Translations under genes and position numbers: made by a program
Assembly (NCBI GenBank): GCA_024275075.1
Contig: JAJRZU010000054.1
Span: 6,546 to 70,545, forward strand
Direction: 5' to 3'
DNA from: Deltaproteobacteria bacterium
GTDB lineage: Bacteria; Desulfobacterota; JAJRXV01
DNA length: 64,000 nucleotides
The notes under the pieces: model-generated
Databases searched by the model: none
The model's input: only the letters and a program-made list of their open reading frames with translations
What the model was told of the DNA's origin: nothing
Shown here: positions 9,341 through 19,219 of the stretch, piece by piece
How positions within the stretch are numbered: position 1 is the stretch's first letter
Layout of the letters: each line of letters opens with the position of its first letter

Positions 9341-9934
9341 GTGAGCTCATTGAATAAAAAAGGTTTTACGCTTATAGAGATGATGGTGGTGATCGCCTTG
9401 ATCGGGATACTGTTATCAATAGCGATCCCCTCGATCTTAGGGCAGAGACCCTTATGGAAGGTAAACGGCGCCGCACGGGGCATTTTGACTGATATGAGAT
9501 TGACTCAGAGCAAAGCGATACGCTCTGGTGATATGCACGCCATAGTATTTTACGCCTCACTAAGAAAATATGAGATATTTGAAGATAATGGAGCCGGCGG
9601 CGGCACAATAGGGGACGGTATAAGAAACGGCGGGGAAGCGATCATTAAAACCGTAAATCTTGACGATAATTACAAGGACCTCCTCTTTGGCACTATCGGA
9701 GCGCCTCATGTAAGTGGAGGGACGATACCTGCCGACGGCATAGACTTCCCGACAAGAGGGCCGGGTAAATCAGTACGGTTTCGGCCTGACGGTTCTTCAG
9801 AGGACGGTTCACTTTACCTCTACCCGATAACCACTACTCCCCAGGCAAGCTGGCAGCGCGCGGTAGAGGTCATCGGTAATACCGGCAGAGTCAGGGCATT
9901 CTCCTGGCAGACAAGCAGCGCGTCATGGAAATAA
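9341..9934 (+). CDS. Type IV minor pilin / pseudopilin, FimT/GspH-like
   Basis: Prepilin N-terminus KGFTLIEMMVVIALIGIL (G|F cleavage/methylation motif) followed by a GspH/FimT-like domain. GTG start. Confidence 0.7.
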   Translation: MSSLNKKGFTLIEMMVVIALIGILLSIAIPSILGQRPLWKVNGAARGILTDMRLTQSKAIRSGDMHAIVFYASLRKYEIFEDNGAGGGTIGDGIRNGGEAIIKTVNLDDNYKDLLFGTIGAPHVSGGTIPADGIDFPTRGPGKSVRFRPDGSSEDGSLYLYPITTTPQASWQRAVEVIGNTGRVRAFSWQTSSASWK

Positions 9935-9956
9935 ATTTCACCATAGGAGCTAAGTA

Positions 9957-10355
9957 ATGAGGAAAATGAGGAAAAAGCTTGGTTTTACTTTAGTGGAGGT
10001 ATTGGTCGCTTTGACGATCCTTGCTATTGCAATGCTTGGGTTTGTACCGATGGTAATAACGACGATCAGGGCGCATTCCTTTGGCAACAAGATGACAAGA
10101 GCGGCGGAACTCGCGCAGGATAAGTTAGAGGATATAAGGCGGATGGAGTTTACCGACCCTGATATCAGCCCGATGGCGTACCCGTGGTCATCTACCCCTG
10201 AAACTTTTGATAATATCTACGAGAGAGTTTATTCCGTTGATTTAATAGCTGCTAATACAAGTATAAAGAGAATAACAGTTAGTGTCGACTGGCGTGCGAC
10301 AGGTGTATCGACAGTGCAGAACACAACTTATGTAACTACTAAAGTACGATATTAA
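9957..10355 (+). CDS. pilV: Type IV pilus minor pilin PilV-like
   Basis: LGFTLVEVLVALTILAIAMLG prepilin motif plus a PilV-like body (RAAELAQDKLEDIR). Confidence 0.7.
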   Translation: MRKMRKKLGFTLVEVLVALTILAIAMLGFVPMVITTIRAHSFGNKMTRAAELAQDKLEDIRRMEFTDPDISPMAYPWSSTPETFDNIYERVYSVDLIAANTSIKRITVSVDWRATGVSTVQNTTYVTTKVRY

Positions 10356-10403
10356 CAGGGGCGCGACACAAGGTTCATGCGCCCGGGATACAGGAGGCAG
10401 GAG

Positions 10404-13400
10404 ATGATACCCATGAATAAAGAGAGAGCGAATAAATATATGCGCCTGGCGTGTAAGAAAAAGGGTTTTTCAATTGTCGAGCTCATAATAGCCCTTGCAA
10501 TCACGTCTATTGCGATAGTCGCTATCTATAATCTTTTTATTACTCAGCAAAAAGGTTTCGCGATACAAGAAGAAGTCGCGAATATGCAGCAAAATAACAG
10601 GGTTGCAATGGAAGAGCTCGCGCGGGTAGTAAAAATGGCGGGGGTCGGTGTTTTGCCTCCCCAGCAAAAGATATTATATTGCGGGCCTTACGACTTTGTA
10701 TTCAGCGGCAACGTAAACGGTACGGCCGGCGACGTAATGGCCATGAACGCCACTGTCGGTACATCGCTGTATACCGCGCCAGACCCCACGCCCTTCGTCA
10801 ACCAGGATTCAGAGACTTACCGCTGGACACTGGATAAAAACGGCGATGGCAGCGTAGATGCCGCCGATTATACAAACACTAATTCCGGTGCGACCCAGTA
10901 CTCTTTGTGGCGGGAAGTCTATACCGGTACAACCTCGATAATCGATGAGTTGGCCCCGGGAATAGCCGTGGCGGACACTCAGGGTAATCAGGTTGTCGTG
11001 TTCCAGTATTGGGGTAATTTTGACGCTGACCCTGCTCTGGATCTGTGGGGTGACGCGAACCAGGACGGCGAGCTTCAGACAGCGGAGATCCTCACAAATG
11101 GCTTATCCGGTGCGTTGGACCCGGTCACAGACCTTACCGGTAATGCCAGGGCTCTTGACGATATGTTGCAAAAAGTGGATCTTACAGTCATCACCGAGAC
11201 AGGAAAGAACGATCCAAACTACCCGACAAACTCAGGTTTCAGGCAAACAAGACACGCTTCTATGGTAACCCCGCGTAACCTGTGGACATGCGCCAATCTG
11301 GATATCGTACCGGGCTATAAATCGACCCTTAAAATCTCAACGGGCATCCCTGGCGGCCCACCGGCCGGAGACAACACGACAATACAGTTCATAGTGCTTG
11401 AATCTGGTATCCCTAAGAAGGATAAGGTTGTAACATTCAGCGCGACGATCGGTGGAGTGGACATCACCACATTAGGCGGCTCGTTATCCACCACCACAAC
11501 GACATCAGATGTCAACGGATTTGTAAGCCTTACAGTCAGCACACCTTCGTGTACTTATGTTCCGCCTGGAACTTTCCCTATAGGCGGTACAGTAGTCGTC
11601 ACCGCTGTGCTGCCCTCAGAGATTACACCGTTTGGCCCATGCTCCGCGGATTCTGAAAACGTTAACCTGACGATGGTTGTCGGTGACCAGAGTATTCTTA
11701 ATGTAACAAATACACCGAGCTCATCAGTCGTGTTCAGCTGTGGAGACACTACCATCGCCACATTGTTTGACCTACAGGTAGAGGACGCGTGTGGTAACCC
11801 TGTAACACCGAACGCACCGATCAACCTGACAGCTTTCGGCGTTAGCGGCGGTGCATGTTTCGCAGGGTTTGGGACTCTTACACCAAATGTCATACCGATT
11901 ACGACAAGCAGTGTCACGGTATCTTACACATCCGAGGCGAGCGGCCCTTATGCCGCTGACAGGACAGCGGGTAACATAGAGCAGTTCATTGTGAATATAG
12001 ATCATGACTTTTATGGCGCGCCAAACTGCTTAGCGCCTTTGACGTCTCTTTATGTAGAAACGTTCCCTGATCATATAACCAATTTTGACCCGCTTACCAA
12101 TCCGATTACCGCTACAAACCATACGGATTGCAACATGGCCGGGTTCAAGTCTACTGACGCTATATTCAATGTAGAGGATTCATGCGGCAACGCGGTCTAT
12201 GATATGACCCAGTTTACCCAGACAGTTGGCGCTAACGTTGAGGTCACATTTACGCCAGACCCGGCGGGGATCTTAAATACTCCATCAGACCAGGGGACTA
12301 TATCGCCCGCGTTACCCGCGAATATACAAACATCGGTCGCCGGTGATTACTATCTCACATATCTTGAGCCGTCATGTACTCTGCCGCCGCTTTATACAAG
12401 GATAATTCAACCGACTATCACTCTTACCCCAAACAATTTTACAAACCAGGGGCCTGTTAATTTCGGGCTGAACCTGCAAAGCTGCCTTGACTGTGAGATC
12501 GTCACAAGCACGCCGGTAATGAGCAATTGCATCTCTGACACTACCGCAAGCGTTATCGATGTCCCAGGAGTTACCGTTGTGTTCTGCGGGATAGCAGACG
12601 GAACGCCGGTAGAGCTTGAGCTGTCATCATCGGCGGGGCCGGCTCTGAATGCGAGTTTTGACCAAAGCAACCCTTCAGTTTCAACGATTATGGGGACTTT
12701 TACATTAAATTCCTTCTCAGCTTCCATTTATGGCGGTAACGCACCAAGTGGAGCGACTATATCGATAACCGCGTACTCACCGGACAAGGCGACTTACGCC
12801 ACCGATCCGGCGGGCTTTACATGTTCAGGTATCGATATAATAACGATTGAATCGTATTGTACATATATCGGTGTATTTAATGAGATAATCCAGTTAGGCT
12901 ATACGGAGATAACCGATATCTCAGCGAATGACAAACTTTACATACAAGTAGAGGACTGTGACGAGAACAAGGACTCTACCGTAGTGGAAACGCTGACGGT
13001 TACGGTGACCAGCCCGCAGGGTTATTCACCGCCGGCCCCGGACATAGAGATCGCTATCCTTACCGAGACAGGTCCTGATACCGGTATATTCAACAGTAAT
13101 ACATACGTACCGCCTACCAGCAATACGCCAGGACCGTTGCCGGTTATTTACTGCGGTTTAGGGCCTGGCGGCGATACGGCTTATAATGGCAGGTTGTTCC
13201 TGAGACCCGGCTATGATGTGACAGTGGAGTATGTTGATCCTGATGACCCGACAGACACCGGATGCGTAAAAACATTAGGCGTAAACACGTTCAGCTGTCC
13301 GGCATTCGTTTACTCATACTATGGAAGCTCATACATTCACCTTGACAGACACGGTATAACCGCGAACCTGTCATTAGGCGGCAATATCTTTACAAATGGC

Positions 13401-16400
13401 GAATTTGAATTGTCAGGCGATATGTCTGTCGATAACAGAGGCCCTGATGGCGTAATCCATACCCCTGATGATTTCCAGACCGTTTCTCTTGGTCACATGT
13501 CATTAGCCGGTAACGTTATCGGTGACTGTTACGCGCCTTCTGTAGACCTGTACGGCCCTGACGGAGCCGGTCAGAACACGCAGGTATTCCCACCAAATGA
13601 AGGTGTTGTCCTGGGTGATTTATACCTCATGGACGGGTTCTATTATGATGATGTCGTAAGTACATATTACCCTGAAATAATAGGTTCGAGGGGGAACCCG
13701 CCAAGCTATGGCAATTATACGTCATTAGCCGCTTCTAATATCGCGCAGCCGCCCCCGGGCAGCAGCGTGCAGGTACATGCCGTTACAGGCGGCATGTTAC
13801 ATACCGGCGCCGTATTCGCGACCCCGAACGAACCGGGCTATCCGTATGACCCGAATGTCGATCCAAACTATGCTCTGCCGGTACCAGATGGAGAGGTGCT
13901 TGTCGCGAGTGATTTGCCAACGTTTGATTTCTCCCAGTCTGTCGCCTGGTCACAGGACTTGACTACAAAGTATCATATGTTTGTCGGTGAGGACACATAC
14001 TTCAACAGTATGGCGGAATTCGAGACATTCCTGACAACAGCGAGACCGACGTATACCGCGATAGACGGAACGTCTTACACTACGCCGCATATAAATCCGC
14101 AGGGGAAAACTATCTACATAATCGGTGACCCGTACGAAGGTACTGTATTCCACTTCCCGAATGGTTTCGACACCACGCAGTTAAGCGCGCCGTACCAGTT
14201 TATTGTTCTTGGTATGATAGTATCTGAGACAAGGTTGAGCATTAAAGGTAATCATGATGGTATAGCAGTCTACGGATGCGGCAAACGCCCGATTGACTGG
14301 ATAGACGGCTGGACAGGGGTGACTTACTCTAATTATGATGACTGGGTAGCTGTACGCGGCGGCGAAGAAAATATCCCTTATGATATGATCGCGTTAGTCG
14401 CCAGAACAAAATTAGAGGTAAAAGACGGAACCGCCCATACACTGTTAAAAGGTATCGTCTATAGTGAAAACGAGAGCCATTTCCACAATAAAACCCCACA
14501 GGGCAAGGCGTTCTTGCACGGCGCGGAGATCGCCAACGTTATACACAACTGCCTGTACATGGACTTTCGGTACAATGACTGCGTAAGGCGGGCAGCCGCC
14601 TACTGGTACGGATGTTATTGCGACTCCGGCGGCGCGGCAATCGCCTGTTCGCTTGCAATAACGCCTTCTTCGGCTACTGTTACAAGGGGCGGGAACACTG
14701 TCACTCTGACAGGGTTAAATTCATTGAGCGGTATATATAACTTTACGGTGACCGGTACGAGTGGTGGAACTGTCTCTGTTGTCGGTGACACCGCCACATA
14801 CACTTCAGGGCCGAATGTTGGCACTGATATTGTTTCTGTCTCGTCGTCCGGGTGTATCGGGGCGTCAGCCACAATAAATGTCATCGATTATTGCAATGTT
14901 GTCGTCAATCCGGCCACTCTCACTATTCCGCTTGGACAGGATTGGATACTGTCGGCTTCATCGCTCCAGGGCGGTCCGTTTAACTGGTCGATAGTACAGA
15001 ACCAAAGCGGTAGCTCCCTTGATATGAACGTTGGTGACGCCGTAACATATACGGCTGGCGCTACCGGTGGTATAGATATCATCAAGGTCACTGATTCCGG
15101 CGGCTGTGCCGAAGCGTTCATTACAATAACCGTTGACCCGTGTTACGTGCTCGTTGAGCTCTATGAGTTTGACGGCATTAACTGTACATCGATCCAGACT
15201 AACACTGTAACCGTCAACGGGGAGGTCTGCGTATCCGCGGTGCTGGGTGACCCGACCGCTCCAGGATTCATCTGGTATTCTGATGATCCTGCCGGTCTCT
15301 TCTTCGATGCAGTATCAGGCCTGTGGGTAGGTTCCGGCACATTAAGCACGCTCTTAGGGCAGGCGGTCAGATACCAGGCTGGCGGTGTCTTGGGCACCTA
15401 CACCATATCTGCGATGGATGATGAGAGCTGTACGGGTACTCAACTGTTAAGCACATGTGATATTACGCTGCTTGATTCGTTCGGCGCCATCAACACGACT
15501 ATTTATGAAACGCAAACCGTCGATTATGTGGGTTACGTCGGTATCGCGGTACCGGCGCGTACTATCGATACATGGGATACCACCGACCCGGCAGGCCCGG
15601 CGGCGCTTACAGTGACCAGCCCGACTACCGGTACATATACACCATCGATGCCGGGTAACTTTGAAGTGACTATATATGATAATGTCGGGTGTTCGTCAAC
15701 CGCTTTCGTCACGGTTCTGCCATGCGCGACGATAACGATAAATCCGACGGACGCGACTGTCAGCTTAGTTGCGGGCAATACGGAATTGTATACAGCTGTC
15801 GGTGGTACGCCGCCATATACATGGTCTACCTCTGACACCAATATCGGGGTAATCGATCCGGTAACCGGCGTGTTTACACCGATTGCCGCATGGCCGGTTC
15901 CAATAAACGTCTACGTGGTGGACAGCGCCGGCTGTACCGGTCAGACTACGGTACTGGTGCAGTGCCCTGCAATAAGTGTAGAGCCGGCAAACGCTACAAT
16001 TGTCTATGCAGATCCTTTGACACCGGTATCATACAGCGCAAGCTTCGGGTCAGCGCCTTATTCATGGTCGATTGACGACCCCACAGTCGGGTCTATTGAT
16101 TCATTAAGCGGGATGATGACAATAACCGGTGAAGGAACCGCGACTATTACCGCTGTTGACGCATACGGATGTATAGGCACGACGACGGTTACCGTGGCGT
16201 GTCCCACGCTTACCATATCGCCGGATAACGCGACATTTAACATCGGTGATACCGCCAATTACTCCGTAGCCGGGGGAAGCGCGCCATATAGCTGGTGGAT
16301 AGACAACCCCGCGGTCGGTACGATAGCCCCGGTGACCGGCGTGTTCAATGCGCTCGCCGGCGGTACGACAACGATAAATGTCAGCGACAAGTACGGGTGC

Positions 16401-17435
16401 GTGGATACTACCGCGGTTAGTGTCGCCTGCCCGGTCGTCACGATCGCTCCGGTCACACCGTCATACCTCGTCGGCGCAACCGACACGTTCTCGGCAGCCG
16501 GTGGTATGGCGCCATACACATGGACGAGCTCGGCTCCATTAGTTGCTACGATCGACTCTTTGACCGGCGCGCTCACCGCCGTCGGTGAGGGCAGTGCGAT
16601 AATCACCGGTACTGATACAAACGGATGCTTCGCAGATACTACGATTACGGCGACATGTCCGACGCTCACTATCACGTCGGCCAGCTCGACTTATACAACA
16701 GGCGACACCGATACCTTCACGGTAACTGGCGGAACGGCGCCATACACATGGGTGAGCTCAGACACGACGGTTGGAACGATAGACGCGACTGGCGCGTTTG
16801 CCGCCGTTGGCACGGGTAGCACAGTGATAACTGTCACCGGCAAGTATGGTTGTACGACAAATAAGGCGGTTACTGTCGTTTGTCCAACAATAACCATAGC
16901 GCCGAACAACCCGACGTACACCGAAGGCGATACAGACACGTTCGCCGCGGCGGGTGGTGCAACGCCGTATACATGGTCAAGTTCAGATTCGCTGCTTGGT
17001 ACGGTTGACTCGCTGACAGGCGCATTCTCGGCTATCGCCGCCGGCAACATAACTATAACGGTTACAGATACTTACGGTTGTGTCGCCACGACACCGGTCA
17101 CCATCAACTCGGCATGTTCTGAGACTATTACAGTCACCAAGTTCAAGATCGATTGTAATAAAGAGAAGGTGGAAGTTACTGCTGACTCCACCAAGCTTAA
17201 TACATCGCTGGATTTACAGTTTGTTGTGTACGATGGCGCCGGTGTCGCGCAGTGGGGACCTCAGGTTATATCATGGGATGCCGGTAAGGGCGAGTATCGA
17301 TACAAACAAGAAGGGTTAGGTAACTTTATGGATGCCTGGGATGACAATTACTACGTAATAGTGTCTGACTTAATTGAATGCCCGGGGACTGACAGCGCTC
17401 CATACACGATAGAGCAGAGGAAGAACTGTCCATAA
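10404..17435 (+). CDS. Giant (2344 aa) PilW-like minor pilin fused to a Ca-loop and Ig-like-repeat adhesin region
   Basis: AGGAGG RBS then ATG at 10404. N-terminus KKGFSIVELIIALAITSIAIVAIYNLF..QQNNRVAMEELARVVKMAG is PilW-like. Two DxNxDGxxD Ca-loop motifs follow. About 10 Cys-bracketed roughly 78-aa Ig-like (BIG_2-like) repeats span 14646..17112, with a Cys-rich C-terminal domain. Rho-independent terminator follows. Confidence 0.7.
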   Translation: MIPMNKERANKYMRLACKKKGFSIVELIIALAITSIAIVAIYNLFITQQKGFAIQEEVANMQQNNRVAMEELARVVKMAGVGVLPPQQKILYCGPYDFVFSGNVNGTAGDVMAMNATVGTSLYTAPDPTPFVNQDSETYRWTLDKNGDGSVDAADYTNTNSGATQYSLWREVYTGTTSIIDELAPGIAVADTQGNQVVVFQYWGNFDADPALDLWGDANQDGELQTAEILTNGLSGALDPVTDLTGNARALDDMLQKVDLTVITETGKNDPNYPTNSGFRQTRHASMVTPRNLWTCANLDIVPGYKSTLKISTGIPGGPPAGDNTTIQFIVLESGIPKKDKVVTFSATIGGVDITTLGGSLSTTTTTSDVNGFVSLTVSTPSCTYVPPGTFPIGGTVVVTAVLPSEITPFGPCSADSENVNLTMVVGDQSILNVTNTPSSSVVFSCGDTTIATLFDLQVEDACGNPVTPNAPINLTAFGVSGGACFAGFGTLTPNVIPITTSSVTVSYTSEASGPYAADRTAGNIEQFIVNIDHDFYGAPNCLAPLTSLYVETFPDHITNFDPLTNPITATNHTDCNMAGFKSTDAIFNVEDSCGNAVYDMTQFTQTVGANVEVTFTPDPAGILNTPSDQGTISPALPANIQTSVAGDYYLTYLEPSCTLPPLYTRIIQPTITLTPNNFTNQGPVNFGLNLQSCLDCEIVTSTPVMSNCISDTTASVIDVPGVTVVFCGIADGTPVELELSSSAGPALNASFDQSNPSVSTIMGTFTLNSFSASIYGGNAPSGATISITAYSPDKATYATDPAGFTCSGIDIITIESYCTYIGVFNEIIQLGYTEITDISANDKLYIQVEDCDENKDSTVVETLTVTVTSPQGYSPPAPDIEIAILTETGPDTGIFNSNTYVPPTSNTPGPLPVIYCGLGPGGDTAYNGRLFLRPGYDVTVEYVDPDDPTDTGCVKTLGVNTFSCPAFVYSYYGSSYIHLDRHGITANLSLGGNIFTNGEFELSGDMSVDNRGPDGVIHTPDDFQTVSLGHMSLAGNVIGDCYAPSVDLYGPDGAGQNTQVFPPNEGVVLGDLYLMDGFYYDDVVSTYYPEIIGSRGNPPSYGNYTSLAASNIAQPPPGSSVQVHAVTGGMLHTGAVFATPNEPGYPYDPNVDPNYALPVPDGEVLVASDLPTFDFSQSVAWSQDLTTKYHMFVGEDTYFNSMAEFETFLTTARPTYTAIDGTSYTTPHINPQGKTIYIIGDPYEGTVFHFPNGFDTTQLSAPYQFIVLGMIVSETRLSIKGNHDGIAVYGCGKRPIDWIDGWTGVTYSNYDDWVAVRGGEENIPYDMIALVARTKLEVKDGTAHTLLKGIVYSENESHFHNKTPQGKAFLHGAEIANVIHNCLYMDFRYNDCVRRAAAYWYGCYCDSGGAAIACSLAITPSSATVTRGGNTVTLTGLNSLSGIYNFTVTGTSGGTVSVVGDTATYTSGPNVGTDIVSVSSSGCIGASATINVIDYCNVVVNPATLTIPLGQDWILSASSLQGGPFNWSIVQNQSGSSLDMNVGDAVTYTAGATGGIDIIKVTDSGGCAEAFITITVDPCYVLVELYEFDGINCTSIQTNTVTVNGEVCVSAVLGDPTAPGFIWYSDDPAGLFFDAVSGLWVGSGTLSTLLGQAVRYQAGGVLGTYTISAMDDESCTGTQLLSTCDITLLDSFGAINTTIYETQTVDYVGYVGIAVPARTIDTWDTTDPAGPAALTVTSPTTGTYTPSMPGNFEVTIYDNVGCSSTAFVTVLPCATITINPTDATVSLVAGNTELYTAVGGTPPYTWSTSDTNIGVIDPVTGVFTPIAAWPVPINVYVVDSAGCTGQTTVLVQCPAISVEPANATIVYADPLTPVSYSASFGSAPYSWSIDDPTVGSIDSLSGMMTITGEGTATITAVDAYGCIGTTTVTVACPTLTISPDNATFNIGDTANYSVAGGSAPYSWWIDNPAVGTIAPVTGVFNALAGGTTTINVSDKYGCVDTTAVSVACPVVTIAPVTPSYLVGATDTFSAAGGMAPYTWTSSAPLVATIDSLTGALTAVGEGSAIITGTDTNGCFADTTITATCPTLTITSASSTYTTGDTDTFTVTGGTAPYTWVSSDTTVGTIDATGAFAAVGTGSTVITVTGKYGCTTNKAVTVVCPTITIAPNNPTYTEGDTDTFAAAGGATPYTWSSSDSLLGTVDSLTGAFSAIAAGNITITVTDTYGCVATTPVTINSACSETITVTKFKIDCNKEKVEVTADSTKLNTSLDLQFVVYDGAGVAQWGPQVISWDAGKGEYRYKQEGLGNFMDAWDDNYYVIVSDLIECPGTDSAPYTIEQRKNCP
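15723..17112 (+). repeat. Six near-identical tandem 231-nt (77-aa) Ig-like coding repeats inside the giant pilin gene
   Basis: Each repeat reads CP(T/A)(L/I)TI(S/A)P..(G/A)GxAPYxW..GT(I/V)D..TG.(F/L)..A.G..TI(T/N)V(T/S)D.YGC...(V/I)TV, repeated six times in frame. Confidence 0.7.
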
Positions 17436-17457
17436 CCACTCCAGCCTAAGCTGAGTT

Positions 17458-17490
17458 AAAAGACGGGGGAATTATCCCCCGTCTTTTTGT
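17458..17490 (+). terminator. Rho-independent terminator after the giant pilin gene
   Basis: AAAAGACGGGGGA-atta-TCCCCCGTCTTTTTGTTTG, a 10-bp GC-rich stem plus T-tract. Confidence 0.65.
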
Positions 17491-17723
17491 TTGATAGTAT
17501 GACGTCAAGAACTCTGCGCAACCCATAAACTGTTCCCCTCCCTTGATGGGGCATCCAGATGCACGGGGACAAAGGGGTGGGTGAATAATTTGTAATATCC
17601 AGGGCATCAAAAGGGTATGATGCCCAATCGAATACAAGGCGCTCCTTAAAAACCATCGAGATGGTTTATTTCCCTTGAATAGCATAGATTTATGCGCTAT
17701 ATTTAGACATTGACAGGTGAGGT

Positions 17724-18857
17724 TTGTTGCAAATGGCGCCAGACAACATTTCAACGGAAACAAATAAAATGGATGATAATAAATCAAACGGTACTGTTTT
17801 GATTGTTGATGATGAATACACTACCATTGACCTTTTGATGGCTATCCTTAAACCATACGACTATAACCTGATAGGGGCCCAGTCCGGCAAAGAAGCTCTT
17901 GATATCATTCAAAAAGAGAAAGTAGACCTTGTCCTTTTGGATTTAATGATGCCTGAGATGAACGGCTATGATGTCTGCAAGGCGATAAAAGGTGATAAAA
18001 ATACAAGAGCGATACCAGTGCTGGTAATAAGCGCGCTAAGTGAGGTGCAGGACAATATAAAAGCGATGGAAGTCGGCGCGGAAGGCTTTCTGGCGAAACC
18101 TTTCAATAATAAACTGGTTGTCGTATATGTCCAAACCCTTATCAAGGTGAAAAAACTCACCGATGAGCTGATCAAACTCTACCAGCTAAAGGATGATCTG
18201 ACAAGGATGATCGTCCACGACCTGAAGAACCCTTTAATCTCGGCAGTAGGTTTTATAAACCTGTCGATAAAGGAAAAAAATCTGGACAAAATAAAGTGGT
18301 ACCTGAGCATTATTAAGAACAGTGTCGCGGATGCTCTTAATTTCATTGAGGACTTACACGACATCACCCGTCTGGAAAATAATAAGTTTACGCTGAATAA
18401 AAGTGATGAAAATATCTATTTGATGATCGCTGATATTATTGACGCTATGACGCCTTTATTTAAAAAAAGAGGGCTGACAACAAAATTCGTAAGTGACTGT
18501 AACCTGCGGCATTATATCGATCCGCAGGTATTCAAAAGGGTCATGCAGAATATCTTCACAAACGCCGCGAAATATGCGAACAAAAACTCTACAATAATGA
18601 TCTATGCGTCGATAAAAAATAATCTGCTAAGGGTGCAGGTATCAAACGAGGGCGATGTCATTCCTGAGGAATACAGGTTAAAGATATTCGAGAAATTCGG
18701 GCAGGTAGAGATAATGCAAATGGGCGGCAACGTCGGCAGCGGCTTAGGGCTCGCGTTTTGCAAAATGGCGGTCAAAGCGCATAACGGTAACATCTGGGTA
18801 GAATCACCGGCGGTTGAATTTGATGACGGCACGACTATCATCTTTGAGATATTATAA
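17724..18857 (+). CDS. Hybrid response-regulator/histidine kinase (REC-HisKA-HATPase)
   Basis: REC domain (VLIVDDE..LLDLMMPEMNGY..KPF), H-box (MIVHDLKNPL) and HATPase G-boxes (GSGLGLAFCK). Track start is TTG; the in-frame ATG 9 nt downstream is an alternative. Confidence 0.8.
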   Translation: MLQMAPDNISTETNKMDDNKSNGTVLIVDDEYTTIDLLMAILKPYDYNLIGAQSGKEALDIIQKEKVDLVLLDLMMPEMNGYDVCKAIKGDKNTRAIPVLVISALSEVQDNIKAMEVGAEGFLAKPFNNKLVVVYVQTLIKVKKLTDELIKLYQLKDDLTRMIVHDLKNPLISAVGFINLSIKEKNLDKIKWYLSIIKNSVADALNFIEDLHDITRLENNKFTLNKSDENIYLMIADIIDAMTPLFKKRGLTTKFVSDCNLRHYIDPQVFKRVMQNIFTNAAKYANKNSTIMIYASIKNNLLRVQVSNEGDVIPEEYRLKIFEKFGQVEIMQMGGNVGSGLGLAFCKMAVKAHNGNIWVESPAVEFDDGTTIIFEIL

Positions 18858-18937
18858 GCAAACCGAGCGTTTGACGGACAAACCAAACGTTTGACGTATA
18901 AGGAGAAGGAGTGACCGAAACAACCAGTGCGCGCATC

Positions 18938-19219
18938 TTAACTTAACAACGCTTTTACTATTTTTTTCACATTAACGTCAGCAACATAGTAACGCCTCTT
19001 CGTACCGTCTCTTTCTGACTTTACGACGCCTTTGCTCTTTAGTAGCGAAAGGTGCTGCGAAATCGTCGCCTGCGGCATCTCAAGGCACGTGTAAATGTCT
19101 GTAACGCAACTCTGTTTTGATATCAGTCCGCATACGATCTTAAGGCGCACCGGGTGCCCAAGCACTTTTATAACTTCTGCCAAATCTTCGAAATCTATGT
19201 TATTTTTAATTTTCATCAT
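18938..19219 (-). CDS. ArsR/SmtB-family transcriptional regulator
   Basis: 93 aa with HTH (LGHPVRLKIVCGLISK..CVTDI..ATISQHLSLLKSKGVV). Confidence 0.75.
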   Translation of the reverse strand: MMKIKNNIDFEDLAEVIKVLGHPVRLKIVCGLISKQSCVTDIYTCLEMPQATISQHLSLLKSKGVVKSERDGTKRRYYVADVNVKKIVKALLS

